Part shown: positions 18,415 through 26,602 of the stretch, one piece after another
Layout of the letters: each line of letters opens with the position of its first letter
Numbering within the stretch: position 1 is the stretch's first letter
Source of the DNA: a virus
Taxonomy: Duplodnaviria; Caudoviricetes
Reading direction: 5' to 3' (one strand)
DNA: 61,077 nt
IMG/VR virus record: IMGVR_UViG_3300030098_000471
Location: 1-61,077 of that record
Made by a program: the position numbers and the translations under genes
The notes under the pieces: generated by a model
Database searches by the model: none
What the model saw: only the letters and a program-made list of their open reading frames with translations
Told to the model about the DNA's origin: nothing

Positions 18415-19959
18415 TTAAAATGTCCAATAAGTTTTTTTCTTCTCTGTTACTTCGTCATCATAGTGTGGATCATCGGGGTGTGTCAGGTGCCAAGATTCTT
18501 TCATATAATGTATTGCCATTGTCATGGCATCCACTTGGTCATCATGGGCCGCATTGGGAAACCTTAGTAATTCTTCTATTAATTCATCTGACCATTTCTT
18601 ATTATTGGGTATCCACATTCTACCAGCTTCTATAATGGGTGAAGCCGCATATACTCTGGATACCTTATCTCTATCTGGATTATATTCCAGTACAGGTAGT
18701 CCACCCCTTCTCATATCCTGTATCAGAGACTGTCCACTTGCCTTCTTCTCCACCATACACACGTCTGGCCTGTGTTCATCATAAAGTTTCTGTGCAAGCT
18801 TTCTCAGTTCTGGATATTCAAACCTGCCACGTATGTTTCCCAATAATATCAGGTTAGGTGTAAAATCTTCATATCCCTTTTCATCTTGATTATACATGGA
18901 GAAGATACCCCATGTCTGTATGACACTATAATCAGCCGTAGTCTTTGTAGAGAATGCCGTATCATAGGTCTGTATTATGAAGTCACAGGTAGGTGGCTCT
19001 TCGTAGTCCCAATGTTTAAGCCATCTCTTTTTTATAATACCTCCTTCTTCTGGTGTGGGGTCTTGCATGTAGAGAGCATTCCAATATCGACTACCATTAC
19101 TGGCTTTAATCTCGCTCTCGTCCATTTTTAAAATATCATCACTCTTCCATTCGGGAAAGTAACTAGATCCTACAGGTAAGTCAAGCAATTGCGCTGCTTC
19201 TTCGTCCACCCATGCAGGTATTCTAATTACTTCCCAAGGGATCGTTTCAAACTCTCCCATATTCTCCTGTTGTTTTAGTAGCCAGCCACATAGATCATCA
19301 TAATGATACCGTGTATTAATTATAACTATAGAACCATTGGGCATAATACGGGTTCTAAGCCCTGCTGGATACCATTCTTTAATATATTTTCTACCTGATG
19401 CACTGATTGCGTCCTCTTCAGACATTACATCGTCCAATATAGCTATATGTGCGCCTCGTCCAGCTATTTGAGAGCGTACACCAGCAGCATAGTAGGTTCC
19501 ATTTTGATTTGTCTTCCACTTACCAGCAGCTCTTACGTCGCTCCTGAGAGAGACTCCTTTAAAAATTTTTTGGAACTCTTCCGTATTGACAATATCCCTT
19601 ACAGATCTACCAAAATCACTGGATAACTGGTCACTATGAGAGACAGTCAGTATTTCATGTGCAGGATTTCTACCAATATACCAAGCAGGAAACAATTTTG
19701 AGCAGATAACAGACTTTGATGATCGTGGAGGAAGAAAGACCATCAGTCGTTTTGTTTTACCAGACTCTAAATCTTTTAATTTATTAGAAATAAGTTCAAT
19801 ATGTTTACCCATGCGCCAATCAGAGACAAGCATAGGAGCCATCATTCTAACAAATGTGAGAAAATCACTATTAGATTCTTGATTTACTTTAATATCTAGT
19901 AAATCTTTTAAGTTAATAAAGGGTTTTAGGTACTCGTTAGTACTTTCTAGTAATTCCAT
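18415..19959 (-). CDS. terL: Terminase large subunit
   Basis: PPRSSKS Walker A, GRGAHIAILDD Walker B, nuclease motifs YDTAF, VEKKASG, FPNAAHDDQVDA. Confidence 0.95.
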   Translation of the reverse strand: MELLESTNEYLKPFINLKDLLDIKVNQESNSDFLTFVRMMAPMLVSDWRMGKHIELISNKLKDLESGKTKRLMVFLPPRSSKSVICSKLFPAWYIGRNPAHEILTVSHSDQLSSDFGRSVRDIVNTEEFQKIFKGVSLRSDVRAAGKWKTNQNGTYYAAGVRSQIAGRGAHIAILDDVMSEEDAISASGRKYIKEWYPAGLRTRIMPNGSIVIINTRYHYDDLCGWLLKQQENMGEFETIPWEVIRIPAWVDEEAAQLLDLPVGSSYFPEWKSDDILKMDESEIKASNGSRYWNALYMQDPTPEEGGIIKKRWLKHWDYEEPPTCDFIIQTYDTAFSTKTTADYSVIQTWGIFSMYNQDEKGYEDFTPNLILLGNIRGRFEYPELRKLAQKLYDEHRPDVCMVEKKASGQSLIQDMRRGGLPVLEYNPDRDKVSRVYAASPIIEAGRMWIPNNKKWSDELIEELLRFPNAAHDDQVDAMTMAIHYMKESWHLTHPDDPHYDDEVTEKKKTYWTF

Positions 19960-19966
19960 AGGTACT

Positions 19967-19995
19967 ATTATACACTATTTTGTTCTCCAATGCAA
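19967..19995 (-). promoter_or_regulatory. sigma70-type promoter for terL
   Basis: TTGCAT-17 nt-TATAAT, 7 nt before the terL ATG. Confidence 0.75.
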
Positions 19996-20224
19996 CTATT
20001 AAATTAAAATAATTATAAAAAATATAAATTAAAGTAACTTTAAAGTAACTTTATAGCCGCCCCAAAGGTTTTGAAGAGAAGTCCGTAATTTTTTAAAAAT
20101 ATTTGTCAGTGCTGTTTTATATATATACAGTGGCGGCGAATTTTTCCCCGTGGTATCGCACGAGCCTTTATAATTGCCGAATTTTTAAAAATAAAAGATA
20201 CCTTATAAATATATATTCCAAACT

Positions 20225-20241
20225 TTCTAGAAATTCTAGAA
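20225..20241. promoter_or_regulatory. TTCTAGAAATTCTAGAA motif, copy 1
   Basis: Exact match. Confidence 0.8.
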
Positions 20242-20402
20242 TAATTACAGAGATAGCCAGTGTATATCGTCCCTTGTGTCTCTGTAATGCCGCACCATGC
20301 ACCCCAAACCCTAGCAAATCCACCATTATTTTATTTTGTACATTCCCAGAAACTAGCCATTTTATATCAAATATCGACGATATATAGACCAAATTAACCT
20401 TG

Positions 20403-20489
20403 TAAGTCATTGAAAACATTGAACAAAACCCATAATTAACGATCATCATTTACTAAATTATCAAAAACTAAGTCATTGAAAACATTGAA
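20403..20489. repeat. 21-bp direct repeat TAAGTCATTGAAAACATTGAA x2 (IHF-site-like)
   Basis: Copies at 20403-20423 and 20469-20489. Confidence 0.8.
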
Positions 20490-20587
20490 TAAATTACACC
20501 GATTTGACTATATTTTTCAATTCGGTTACTTTTTAAACATCATCCACTTGATGATACATTTTAAACTTAAAAAAAGGAATTAAGATA

Positions 20588-21241
20588 ATGACCACAACAC
20601 AAGATCTAGTTACATTCATTAATGCTGGATTAAAAAGAGACTTAAACAATCAAGAAAAAACATTCTTGAAAACTTTGGGATATAAAAAAGAGAAAGGAAA
20701 ACTAGTCTGGACAACAGAAAGACTAGATGCTACTGAAGAAAACCCCGAAGGAATTGCAAAAGTTACTGGCGATTTAATCATATCAATCAGTGATAAATGT
20801 AGCATGAAGAACTGGAGTGATAAAAAAGTAGCGGCCTATGATAAAGAAAATGGCACATGTTACAGCAAGCTATTAAATTTTATTACAGATAAAACGGAAA
20901 GAAACACCACTAGATCACTTTATAGGTGGTTTGCTGAAAATTATAACGAGGCAATGGTTGTGCTTTTTGAACGTCACGACGCTAACAAAAAGACAACATC
21001 ACTTGAAAGTCTCAAAAAGCACACAATTTCAGCTATCAAGAAACTAGAGAAAGAAACTTCAGAGACTTCAGAGACTGCAGAAACTGAAGAGACTGCAGAG
21101 ATAGTCAAGCCAGCCTCAGAGGAAGAAGATGCAAAGGCTATAATATTGATACTAAAGGATGCTAAAAAGGCTGGCAGAGATACAAAAGCTATTTTGCAAA
21201 TGATGGGAGACATGTTGAAAGCTGAGAAACTAAACAAATAA
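20588..21241 (+). CDS. First early protein, unknown function
   Basis: 217 aa; AAGGA upstream; ETSETSETAETEETAE linker. Confidence 0.7.
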   Translation: MTTTQDLVTFINAGLKRDLNNQEKTFLKTLGYKKEKGKLVWTTERLDATEENPEGIAKVTGDLIISISDKCSMKNWSDKKVAAYDKENGTCYSKLLNFITDKTERNTTRSLYRWFAENYNEAMVVLFERHDANKKTTSLESLKKHTISAIKKLEKETSETSETAETEETAEIVKPASEEEDAKAIILILKDAKKAGRDTKAILQMMGDMLKAEKLNK

Positions 21242-21250
21242 CAGAATTTA

Positions 21251-21281
21251 GGGAGTGTTTGCAGACTTCGCAGACACTCCC
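21251..21281 (+). terminator. Stem-loop after the first early gene
   Basis: GGGAGTGTTTGC / GCAGACACTCCC 12-bp stem. Confidence 0.65.
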
Positions 21282-21285
21282 AAAT

Positions 21286-21333
21286 TTCTAGAATTTCTAG
21301 AAACTTGCAACATTAATTTAAATATGTTATAAG
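21286..21333 (+). promoter_or_regulatory. Motif copy 2 (inverted) abutting a sigma70 promoter
   Basis: TTCTAGAATTTCTAGAA at 21286-21302, then TTGCAA-17 nt-TATAAG with TG extension at 21305-21333. Confidence 0.75.
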
Positions 21334-21367
21334 TTTGTATAAATTCAAAAATTAGAAAGGATTAAAA

Positions 21368-21499
21368 ATGTCAAATACAATTAATGAAATGATTCTTGAA
21401 AATTTTTTCGAGGAATTCCTAGCTAAAGGATTTTCGGAAGAGGATGCTGAGAGGCTCTCTCACGAGAAGATCGAAAATACCCCTACACCTTGGGGTTAA
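21368..21499 (+). CDS. 43-aa acidic early peptide (not in ORF track)
   Basis: MSNTINEMILENFFEEFLAKGFSEEDAERLSHEKIENTPTPWG; GAAAGG RBS. Confidence 0.65.
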   Translation: MSNTINEMILENFFEEFLAKGFSEEDAERLSHEKIENTPTPWG

Positions 21500-21521
21500 G
21501 ATAAAAGGATTAATTATAAAC

Positions 21522-21538
21522 TTCTAGAAATTCTAGAA
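21522..21538. promoter_or_regulatory. Motif copy 3
   Basis: Exact match, followed by ACTTGAAAGGAAAGAAAATG. Confidence 0.8.
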
Positions 21539-21555
21539 ACTTGAAAGGAAAGAAA

Positions 21556-21783
21556 ATGTCAAATTTAAAACCAATCGCAAGCAATATGAAGGAGTTAATT
21601 GTTAATGGTGTATCAATTCTATTTAGTTATGAAACACCAGTTGCCGGATGGAATAACGAGGGAGCATTTAGAACTGAGAAAAAGTATTCAGCAACAACAA
21701 CTAAACATATTAACAAATACTTAGGTGGAAAAGATATAGGCCGCACAGTATCGCAACAATATATCAATAGCCTAGTATCATAA
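21556..21783 (+). CDS. Small early phage protein
   Basis: ILFSYETPVA...YSATTTKHINKYL; RBS GAAAGG. Confidence 0.7.
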   Translation: MSNLKPIASNMKELIVNGVSILFSYETPVAGWNNEGAFRTEKKYSATTTKHINKYLGGKDIGRTVSQQYINSLVS

Positions 21784-21855
21784 TTAGTTTATATATAGGG
21801 TAGTATGTGTCAGCATGTACTACCTCAATATGTAAACCAAATAGGACTAAACACA

Positions 21856-22125
21856 ATGGCAAAATCAAAACCGTACTACGGGAATTTTACCCCTAATAAA
21901 TTGTTAAAAGCTAGGCAAAATTATGATGATATTCATACCGCACCAGATAACACGATAAAAAATTTAGACGGTAATCACATTATAGATAGTCATCAAATTG
22001 CTCTAATGCGGCATGACCATTTTACCAAAATGTACAACAAACATAAAAGGGAACAATGGTTTAAAAATAAAGATCATAATAAATGGATAGATAGTACTTG
22101 CAATGAATTAAAAAAACTGTTATAA
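21856..22125 (+). CDS. Hypothetical early protein
   Basis: ORF with AGGA upstream of ATG 21856. Confidence 0.55.
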   Translation: MAKSKPYYGNFTPNKLLKARQNYDDIHTAPDNTIKNLDGNHIIDSHQIALMRHDHFTKMYNKHKREQWFKNKDHNKWIDSTCNELKKLL

Positions 22126-22136
22126 ACTTATAGAAA

Positions 22137-22255
22137 TTAAATAATAAATAGGGTTTTCTAGGTATGGTGGGGCGTACTCCTCACAAAACTCATAGGCTGA
22201 TCACCTTATCGGATGAAATAGTATTCATATTTAGAAAATCCTATCTATTATTTAA
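22137..22255 (+). ncRNA. Candidate structured RNA or RNase III-type processing stem
   Basis: 30-nt inverted repeat (22137-22166 / 22226-22255) with G-U pairs, enclosing two smaller hairpins; intergenic. Confidence 0.5.
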
Positions 22256-22286
22256 GTCTAACAAGTAAATTCTAGGAGATTGCGAA

Positions 22287-22448
22287 ATGCAAAACAAAAT
22301 TAAAACAATGAAATTTAATCAACAAGAATATAAAGAAATGTACCGAGAGTTTTATCTAGAGGGTAACGTCCAGCCCACAACTAAAGGATTTGGGGAATTT
22401 TTAGATTGGCGTAAAAATGTTGAAGCATTATTTAACAATAAGGATTAA
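22287..22448 (+). CDS. 53-aa early peptide (not in ORF track)
   Basis: AGGAG RBS; MQNKIKTMKFNQQEYKEMYREF... Confidence 0.55.
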   Translation: MQNKIKTMKFNQQEYKEMYREFYLEGNVQPTTKGFGEFLDWRKNVEALFNNKD

Positions 22449-22466
22449 CACTGAAAGGAAAAAACA

Positions 22467-22763
22467 ATGGCAATAAAAAAACACACAAGAGAAACTAAAC
22501 AAAAGATATTTGATTTAGTGGATAGTGGTCTAAGTAGACGTGAGGTAGGTGAAATAATGGGCATGACAAAAAATGCTATCATAGGAATAATGCGTGACGC
22601 TGGTAAATGTAAGAAAGCAAACTATGCCTATGTATCTTACAAAGTAGATACGATTAATAATAATTATGATAAATCAGTAGCGTTTAATGAACATAAAGAA
22701 ATAATCTCACAATATGAGATATCTAAAAAAAGATTATTAGCGGTGAATCCATTTGGATATTAA
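22467..22763 (+). CDS. GcrA-like helix-turn-helix protein
   Basis: GLSRREVGEIMGMTKNAIIG resembles the GcrA N-terminal GlSasqIA..LG.TRNAVIG motif. Confidence 0.6.
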   Translation: MAIKKHTRETKQKIFDLVDSGLSRREVGEIMGMTKNAIIGIMRDAGKCKKANYAYVSYKVDTINNNYDKSVAFNEHKEIISQYEISKKRLLAVNPFGY

Positions 22764-22791
22764 AAAATAATTGTCTTAAAAGGAAAATAAA

Positions 22792-22980
22792 ATGATTATG
22801 AAAATATTAAATGGATTTTGTTTTGCAGGTTTAATGCTTGCATCTATTCTAACAATGGCATGCGGCATAACATGGGACACTGGTCAAGTATGGTATGGGC
22901 AAGCTATTGCTACATGTTTTATACTAATGTCATTAGTGCTTGCATATGTGGCAATATTAGTGCTAGTATGGAGACATTGA
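22792..22980 (+). CDS. Small two-TM membrane protein
   Basis: Two hydrophobic segments. Confidence 0.6.
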   Translation: MIMKILNGFCFAGLMLASILTMACGITWDTGQVWYGQAIATCFILMSLVLAYVAILVLVWRH

Positions 22981-22985
22981 TAAAC

Positions 22986-23002
22986 TTCTAGAAATTCTAG
23001 AA
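22986..23002. promoter_or_regulatory. Motif copy 4
   Basis: Exact match, followed by CTTTGAAAGGGTAAAAAAATG. Confidence 0.8.
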
Positions 23003-23020
23003 CTTTGAAAGGGTAAAAAA

Positions 23021-23659
23021 ATGTTAGTAAAAGAAGCTAAACAGTTTGGCAACATATCCAAGGGCAACACCAAAATGCCGGGAACTACGTTTGCCATTGA
23101 TGCATTTGCCTGTAACGTAGGCAGTAAACTTGCAAAGATTGAGGGTACGCCATGCTTCAGTTGCTATGCTCGCAAGTTACAAAAGTTAAGACCTAGTGTA
23201 GATCAAGGATGGAAAGCTAACCTTGCTAAATGGCAACAAGCTAACAAATCTAAATGGGTGCAAGCTATGACATTTCAAATTAACCGCTACAATGTAGACG
23301 GATACCATAGATGGTTTGATAGTGGCGACTTACAATCATTGGAAATGCTACGCAATATCATAGACGTGGCACTACTAACACCACATATAAAACATTGGCT
23401 ACCTACACAAGAACGTGGCATAGTGGAAGCATACCGCAAACAATATGGGCAAGAGCCTGATAACCTAGTCATAAGAGTATCCGCCTCAAAAGTAGATGCA
23501 AAGACTATGCCTAGATTTGCAAATACATCTATGGTATTTACCAAACATGGCAAGGCATTGGGGAAAGAGTGCAAGGCCAGAACGAGAGGCAATCAATGTG
23601 GAGATTGTCGGGCATGCTGGTCAAAAGATGTAGAAGTTATAGCTTACCCGAAGCATTAA
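23021..23659 (+). CDS. Gp88-like Cys-rich protein
   Basis: KMPG...ACNVGSKL...CFSCYA, RWFDSGDLQS, HWLPT, CGDCRACW. Confidence 0.75.
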   Translation: MLVKEAKQFGNISKGNTKMPGTTFAIDAFACNVGSKLAKIEGTPCFSCYARKLQKLRPSVDQGWKANLAKWQQANKSKWVQAMTFQINRYNVDGYHRWFDSGDLQSLEMLRNIIDVALLTPHIKHWLPTQERGIVEAYRKQYGQEPDNLVIRVSASKVDAKTMPRFANTSMVFTKHGKALGKECKARTRGNQCGDCRACWSKDVEVIAYPKH

Positions 23660-23668
23660 AAAAAAAAC

Positions 23669-23736
23669 TAGACAATGTAGTATGAGTAGTGTATAGTAGT
23701 ATCAGTACACTAAACAAACTTCTAGAAATTCTAGAA
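23669..23736 (+). promoter_or_regulatory. sigma70 promoter followed by motif copy 5
   Basis: TAGACA-17 nt-TATAGT at 23669-23697; motif at 23720-23736. Confidence 0.7.
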
Positions 23737-23753
23737 ACTTGAAAGGAAAAAAA

Positions 23754-23966
23754 ATGATACAGGATAATGTTGAGATTGATGTACTACAAGCACAGCTAGA
23801 TAGTATACCTGTAGACATTGAGTTGATAGCAGTTAAAAACTCAAGACAAATACAAGTAATATTGGAAGGTCAAGTGTATAAAACTTTTCCATCTGTCTCA
23901 GCATTTAAACAAACATTGAGAAACACTTTTGATATTGTAGAAAAAAGTAGAAAGGATAGAAGATAA
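23754..23966 (+). CDS. Hypothetical early protein
   Basis: RBS GAAAGG. Confidence 0.6.
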   Translation: MIQDNVEIDVLQAQLDSIPVDIELIAVKNSRQIQVILEGQVYKTFPSVSAFKQTLRNTFDIVEKSRKDRR

Positions 23967-24121
23967 TGAGTAACCAACACAACGACGCTATTAAAGAGAT
24001 GTTGTTTGAAGCGGCAATGACTTCATTAGTCTCCAATGGTGCGCCAGATAATGAAGACACAGAACTAAAAGCTGTTAAAATTGTAGCCCAACAATGGGAA
24101 AACTACAGAGAAGGGGAATAA
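23966..24121 (+). CDS. 51-aa early peptide (not in ORF track)
   Basis: MSNQHNDAIKEMLFEAAMTSLVSNGAPDNEDTELKAVKIVAQQWENYREGE; TAATG overlap with upstream stop. Confidence 0.6.
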   Translation: MSNQHNDAIKEMLFEAAMTSLVSNGAPDNEDTELKAVKIVAQQWENYREGE

Positions 24122-24122
24122 A

Positions 24123-24398
24123 ATGAGAAAGAAAAATCCATTTGGTAAAAGTACCACCCAAGATAAACCCTACGCCATATATGAAGATGGGCATGGGTGG
24201 CAATGGCGTGTATTAAAAACATATCAACACCCTGACAATGAAAAGGGTAATGAGTATGCACGATGGCTTGTGTCAGCAACGTCACCACTAATGCACGATG
24301 GTGGTTATGAAATGGGCGACCAATATTCTAATTTAGTATTGGAGTCTGGTTATCTAACATCAGCTACCGATGAGTGGAAACAATTTTATGGAGATTAA
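24123..24398 (+). CDS. Early phage protein
   Basis: NPFGKS...PYAIY...WRVLKTYQ...YARW...SP. Confidence 0.7.
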   Translation: MRKKNPFGKSTTQDKPYAIYEDGHGWQWRVLKTYQHPDNEKGNEYARWLVSATSPLMHDGGYEMGDQYSNLVLESGYLTSATDEWKQFYGD

Positions 24399-24399
24399 A

Positions 24400-24618
24400 A
24401 TGGATATGCACCCACAAGTATATATGTTTAGAGCAGTAGCAACTAGAGCCGCATTAAAATTGTGGAATAAACATGGCATTAGACCCAATAGACGGACAAC
24501 TAAGCGCACTCTATTAGATATAGCTACAATTTATACAGGTAATAAGTATAAAAATAGTAAAAAAAGTAGTGAACAAGCATATAATGACTTGACATTATGG
24601 ATTAAAAGTAATAGTTAA
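24400..24618 (+). CDS. Hypothetical basic early protein
   Basis: GGAG RBS. Confidence 0.6.
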   Translation: MDMHPQVYMFRAVATRAALKLWNKHGIRPNRRTTKRTLLDIATIYTGNKYKNSKKSSEQAYNDLTLWIKSNS

Positions 24619-24625
24619 ATAAAAC

Positions 24626-24642
24626 TTCTAGAAATTCTAGAA
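24626..24642. promoter_or_regulatory. Motif copy 6
   Basis: Exact match, intergenic. Confidence 0.8.
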
Positions 24643-24656
24643 CTTTAAAGTATTTA

Positions 24657-25002
24657 AAACAAGAGAGATGACCAATGAGACAGATAACATTAACTGAATT
24701 TATTGCCAACGTAAAAATGACCTGCGGCTCTTCATTTTATGGTCGAGATGATGGAACAACACCTCACTCATTTTACTTGAAAGCCGCTAGAAGTATGTTA
24801 AGACGAAGATTAGAAAAAGATTTGGAAAAATTTGACTACCCTCGTGATTATTATTTTTCTAAAGAGGATTCAGAAAAACTAGCAGAAGTTTACGCAGACA
24901 CAGCCAAACTTATTCATGAGAAGATGAATAAATTTAACAATGAATATAATAAAATACAAAGATTAGCGGCGATGGTAAATAAACAAGAGAGATGACCAAT
25001 GA
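24657..25002 (+). repeat. 22-bp direct repeats AAACAAGAGAGATGACCAATGA flanking gene 24675..24995
   Basis: Identical copies at 24657-24678 and 24981-25002. Confidence 0.85.
24675..24995 (+). CDS. Hypothetical early protein
   Basis: 106-aa ORF. Confidence 0.6.
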   Translation: MRQITLTEFIANVKMTCGSSFYGRDDGTTPHSFYLKAARSMLRRRLEKDLEKFDYPRDYYFSKEDSEKLAEVYADTAKLIHEKMNKFNNEYNKIQRLAAMVNKQER

Positions 25003-25253
25003 CTGATAATAAATGGTGGCACATAGTAACATGGTGTAAGTGGTGCAACGGTGAAGGCTATACCACTGACAATAACCCAAGCAAAAAAGCAGAAGTGTGT
25101 GATGACTGTGATGGTATAGGTGAGCATACTTATGTCGAAGAAGAATGGCGTTATGAAGATGAGCAGGAAGTACGAGATAACTATGAAGATATAAAATCAA
25201 TTGAATTGTTGGAGGGTACATCATGGGGAAGTCCAACACTAAGCATGGAGTAA
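24999..25253 (+). CDS. DnaJ-type zinc-finger (CxxCxGxG) small protein
   Basis: CKWCNGEG and CDDCDGIG. Confidence 0.65.
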   Translation: MTDNKWWHIVTWCKWCNGEGYTTDNNPSKKAEVCDDCDGIGEHTYVEEEWRYEDEQEVRDNYEDIKSIELLEGTSWGSPTLSME

Positions 25254-25360
25254 AGAAAGTAAATACCTATGCTAAATCATTACAAAATAATAAGTATAGA
25301 CAACGTGTAGTACCTAGTGCTAAAAAGTATAAACGAAATAGGAGAGTTGAAGATGAGTGA
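25223..25360 (+). CDS. 45-aa basic ArfA-like peptide (not in ORF track)
   Basis: GGAGG 7 nt upstream; MGKSNTKHGVKKVNTYAKSLQNNKYRQRVVPSAKKYKRNRRVEDE. Confidence 0.55.
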   Translation: MGKSNTKHGVKKVNTYAKSLQNNKYRQRVVPSAKKYKRNRRVEDE

Positions 25361-25532
25361 TAGAACAGTAGCGATTGAAGGTTGGGATCAACTTGAGTGG
25401 TTAATGAGTGATAGATGGGATATGACATTACAAGAAGCCTTGCAATGTATGGTTGATAATAATCAAGATATGAAGTTTCTTAATGATGTTAAAGGGTTAC
25501 ACGTATTAAAAATAGCCAATGGAGAAGGATAA
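25353..25532 (+). CDS. Hypothetical protein
   Basis: AGGAG upstream of ATG 25353. Confidence 0.55.
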   Translation: MSDRTVAIEGWDQLEWLMSDRWDMTLQEALQCMVDNNQDMKFLNDVKGLHVLKIANGEG

Positions 25533-25717
25533 TGTTATTAGAACGTACATCAATGCTTAGTGATAAGACTACGACAATGGAGTTACCCATAACCAATGAA
25601 CAGCTTGATCGTTGGAGACAGGGAGAACTTATTCAAAATGTATTTCCTGACTTGACACCGGATGAACGTGAGTTTATAATGACAGGTATTACAGCAGAAG
25701 AATGGAGAACCCTATGA
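25532..25717 (+). CDS. Small phage protein
   Basis: LIQNVFPDLTPDEREFIMTGITAEEW. Confidence 0.7.
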   Translation: MLLERTSMLSDKTTTMELPITNEQLDRWRQGELIQNVFPDLTPDEREFIMTGITAEEWRTL

Positions 25718-26205
25718 ATATATTTTATTTGCATCGTGATCCTGTCGTTGCAGCGCAGATGCAATGTGACAAGCACGTAGTCAAGATGATATTGGAAAGC
25801 GCACAGATGCTCTCTACTGCTCACCGTGTATTGGATGGAGATGACTACGCTAATTCACGAGGACTGTATAAACTGGTGCATGAAAACCATCCTAGCACAC
25901 GCTGGGTACGCTCTCATCATAAACACTACAATTGGTTATGGAAACATATGATAGCCTTGATGGAAGAGTACACACACCGCTATGATAAAGTTCACGAGAC
26001 AGAACGATTAAATGATCCACTGTCCATATCACCAGTTAATATTAATTTCAGCGATCACTTCTTAGACCCACCACAATGTATGCCTGATCAGTATAAAAAC
26101 AAAGATACTGTGCAAGCCTATCGTGATTATTATATTGGAGAAAAATCTAACTTTGCTAAATGGAATAAGTGTGGTAATATACCTGAGTGGTACAAGATGG
26201 GATGA
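25714..26205 (+). CDS. Pyrimidine-dimer DNA glycosylase (DenV-like) family protein
   Basis: MNIFYL...CDKHVVKMILESAQMLSTAH...HPS..W...PQCMP...AYRDYY. Confidence 0.75.
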   Translation: MNIFYLHRDPVVAAQMQCDKHVVKMILESAQMLSTAHRVLDGDDYANSRGLYKLVHENHPSTRWVRSHHKHYNWLWKHMIALMEEYTHRYDKVHETERLNDPLSISPVNINFSDHFLDPPQCMPDQYKNKDTVQAYRDYYIGEKSNFAKWNKCGNIPEWYKMG

Positions 26206-26246
26206 CCATATTAAGGATGTAGCATTTGATATAGAGGAGATGACCA

Positions 26247-26441
26247 ATGACTAAAAAATATTATCCCCATGTATGGGATTTAACATTTTGTCTTATGGAT
26301 ATCGACGGAAATCCAAAAAAAGACAAAGAGGGAAATATAATTTTGTATGAGGATTACAAGATGGATTGCAGTTCAATTTGTGATTTTGTTGATGAAAATA
26401 ATTTAACACAGATAAAAGAGAAAGAGAAGGACAATAACTAA
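26247..26441 (+). CDS. Hypothetical protein
   Basis: Preceded by GAGGAGATGACCA motif. Confidence 0.55.
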   Translation: MTKKYYPHVWDLTFCLMDIDGNPKKDKEGNIILYEDYKMDCSSICDFVDENNLTQIKEKEKDNN

Positions 26442-26476
26442 TACAAAAAAGAAAAGAAATATCTATGCTAAGCCTT

Positions 26477-26572
26477 GACAGCGGCTCCCGACTACTCCTT
26501 TAAATAGGGTGACGTGAGTGGCTCCCGACTACTCCTTTAAATAGGGTGGCGTGAAGAAATCGGGTAGCTGTC
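26477..26572 (+). repeat. 37-bp tandem duplication inside an inverted-repeat element
   Basis: G(C/T)GGCTCCCGACTACTCCTTTAAATAGGGTG(A/G)CGTGA at 26481-26517 and 26518-26554; GACAGC..CCCGA pairs with TCGGG..GCTGTC. Confidence 0.8.
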
Positions 26573-26602
26573 GTTTATTTTTGTAAATTAGGAGAGTGAC
26601 CA

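Larger units (their letters stand above)
19996..20587. other. Non-coding divergence region between the two arms (candidate genome-end / packaging / origin region)
   Basis: About 600 bp, AT-rich, no credible ORF; contains direct repeats and palindromes. Confidence 0.55.

Noticed and set aside
20103-20449. ORFs 20103..20387 (+) and 20168..20449 (-) in the divergence region
   Set aside because: No clear RBS, atypical composition, mutually overlapping, and they overlap repeat motifs
22190-22230. Hammerhead ribozyme (CTGAT...GAAA)
   Set aside because: The core reads CUGAUCA rather than CUGAnGA and I could not build the required three stems
26481-26554. Mini-CRISPR array (37-bp repeats)
   Set aside because: The two copies are directly adjacent with no spacer; the Cas4-like nuclease at 34099 lies in the replication module with no other cas genes
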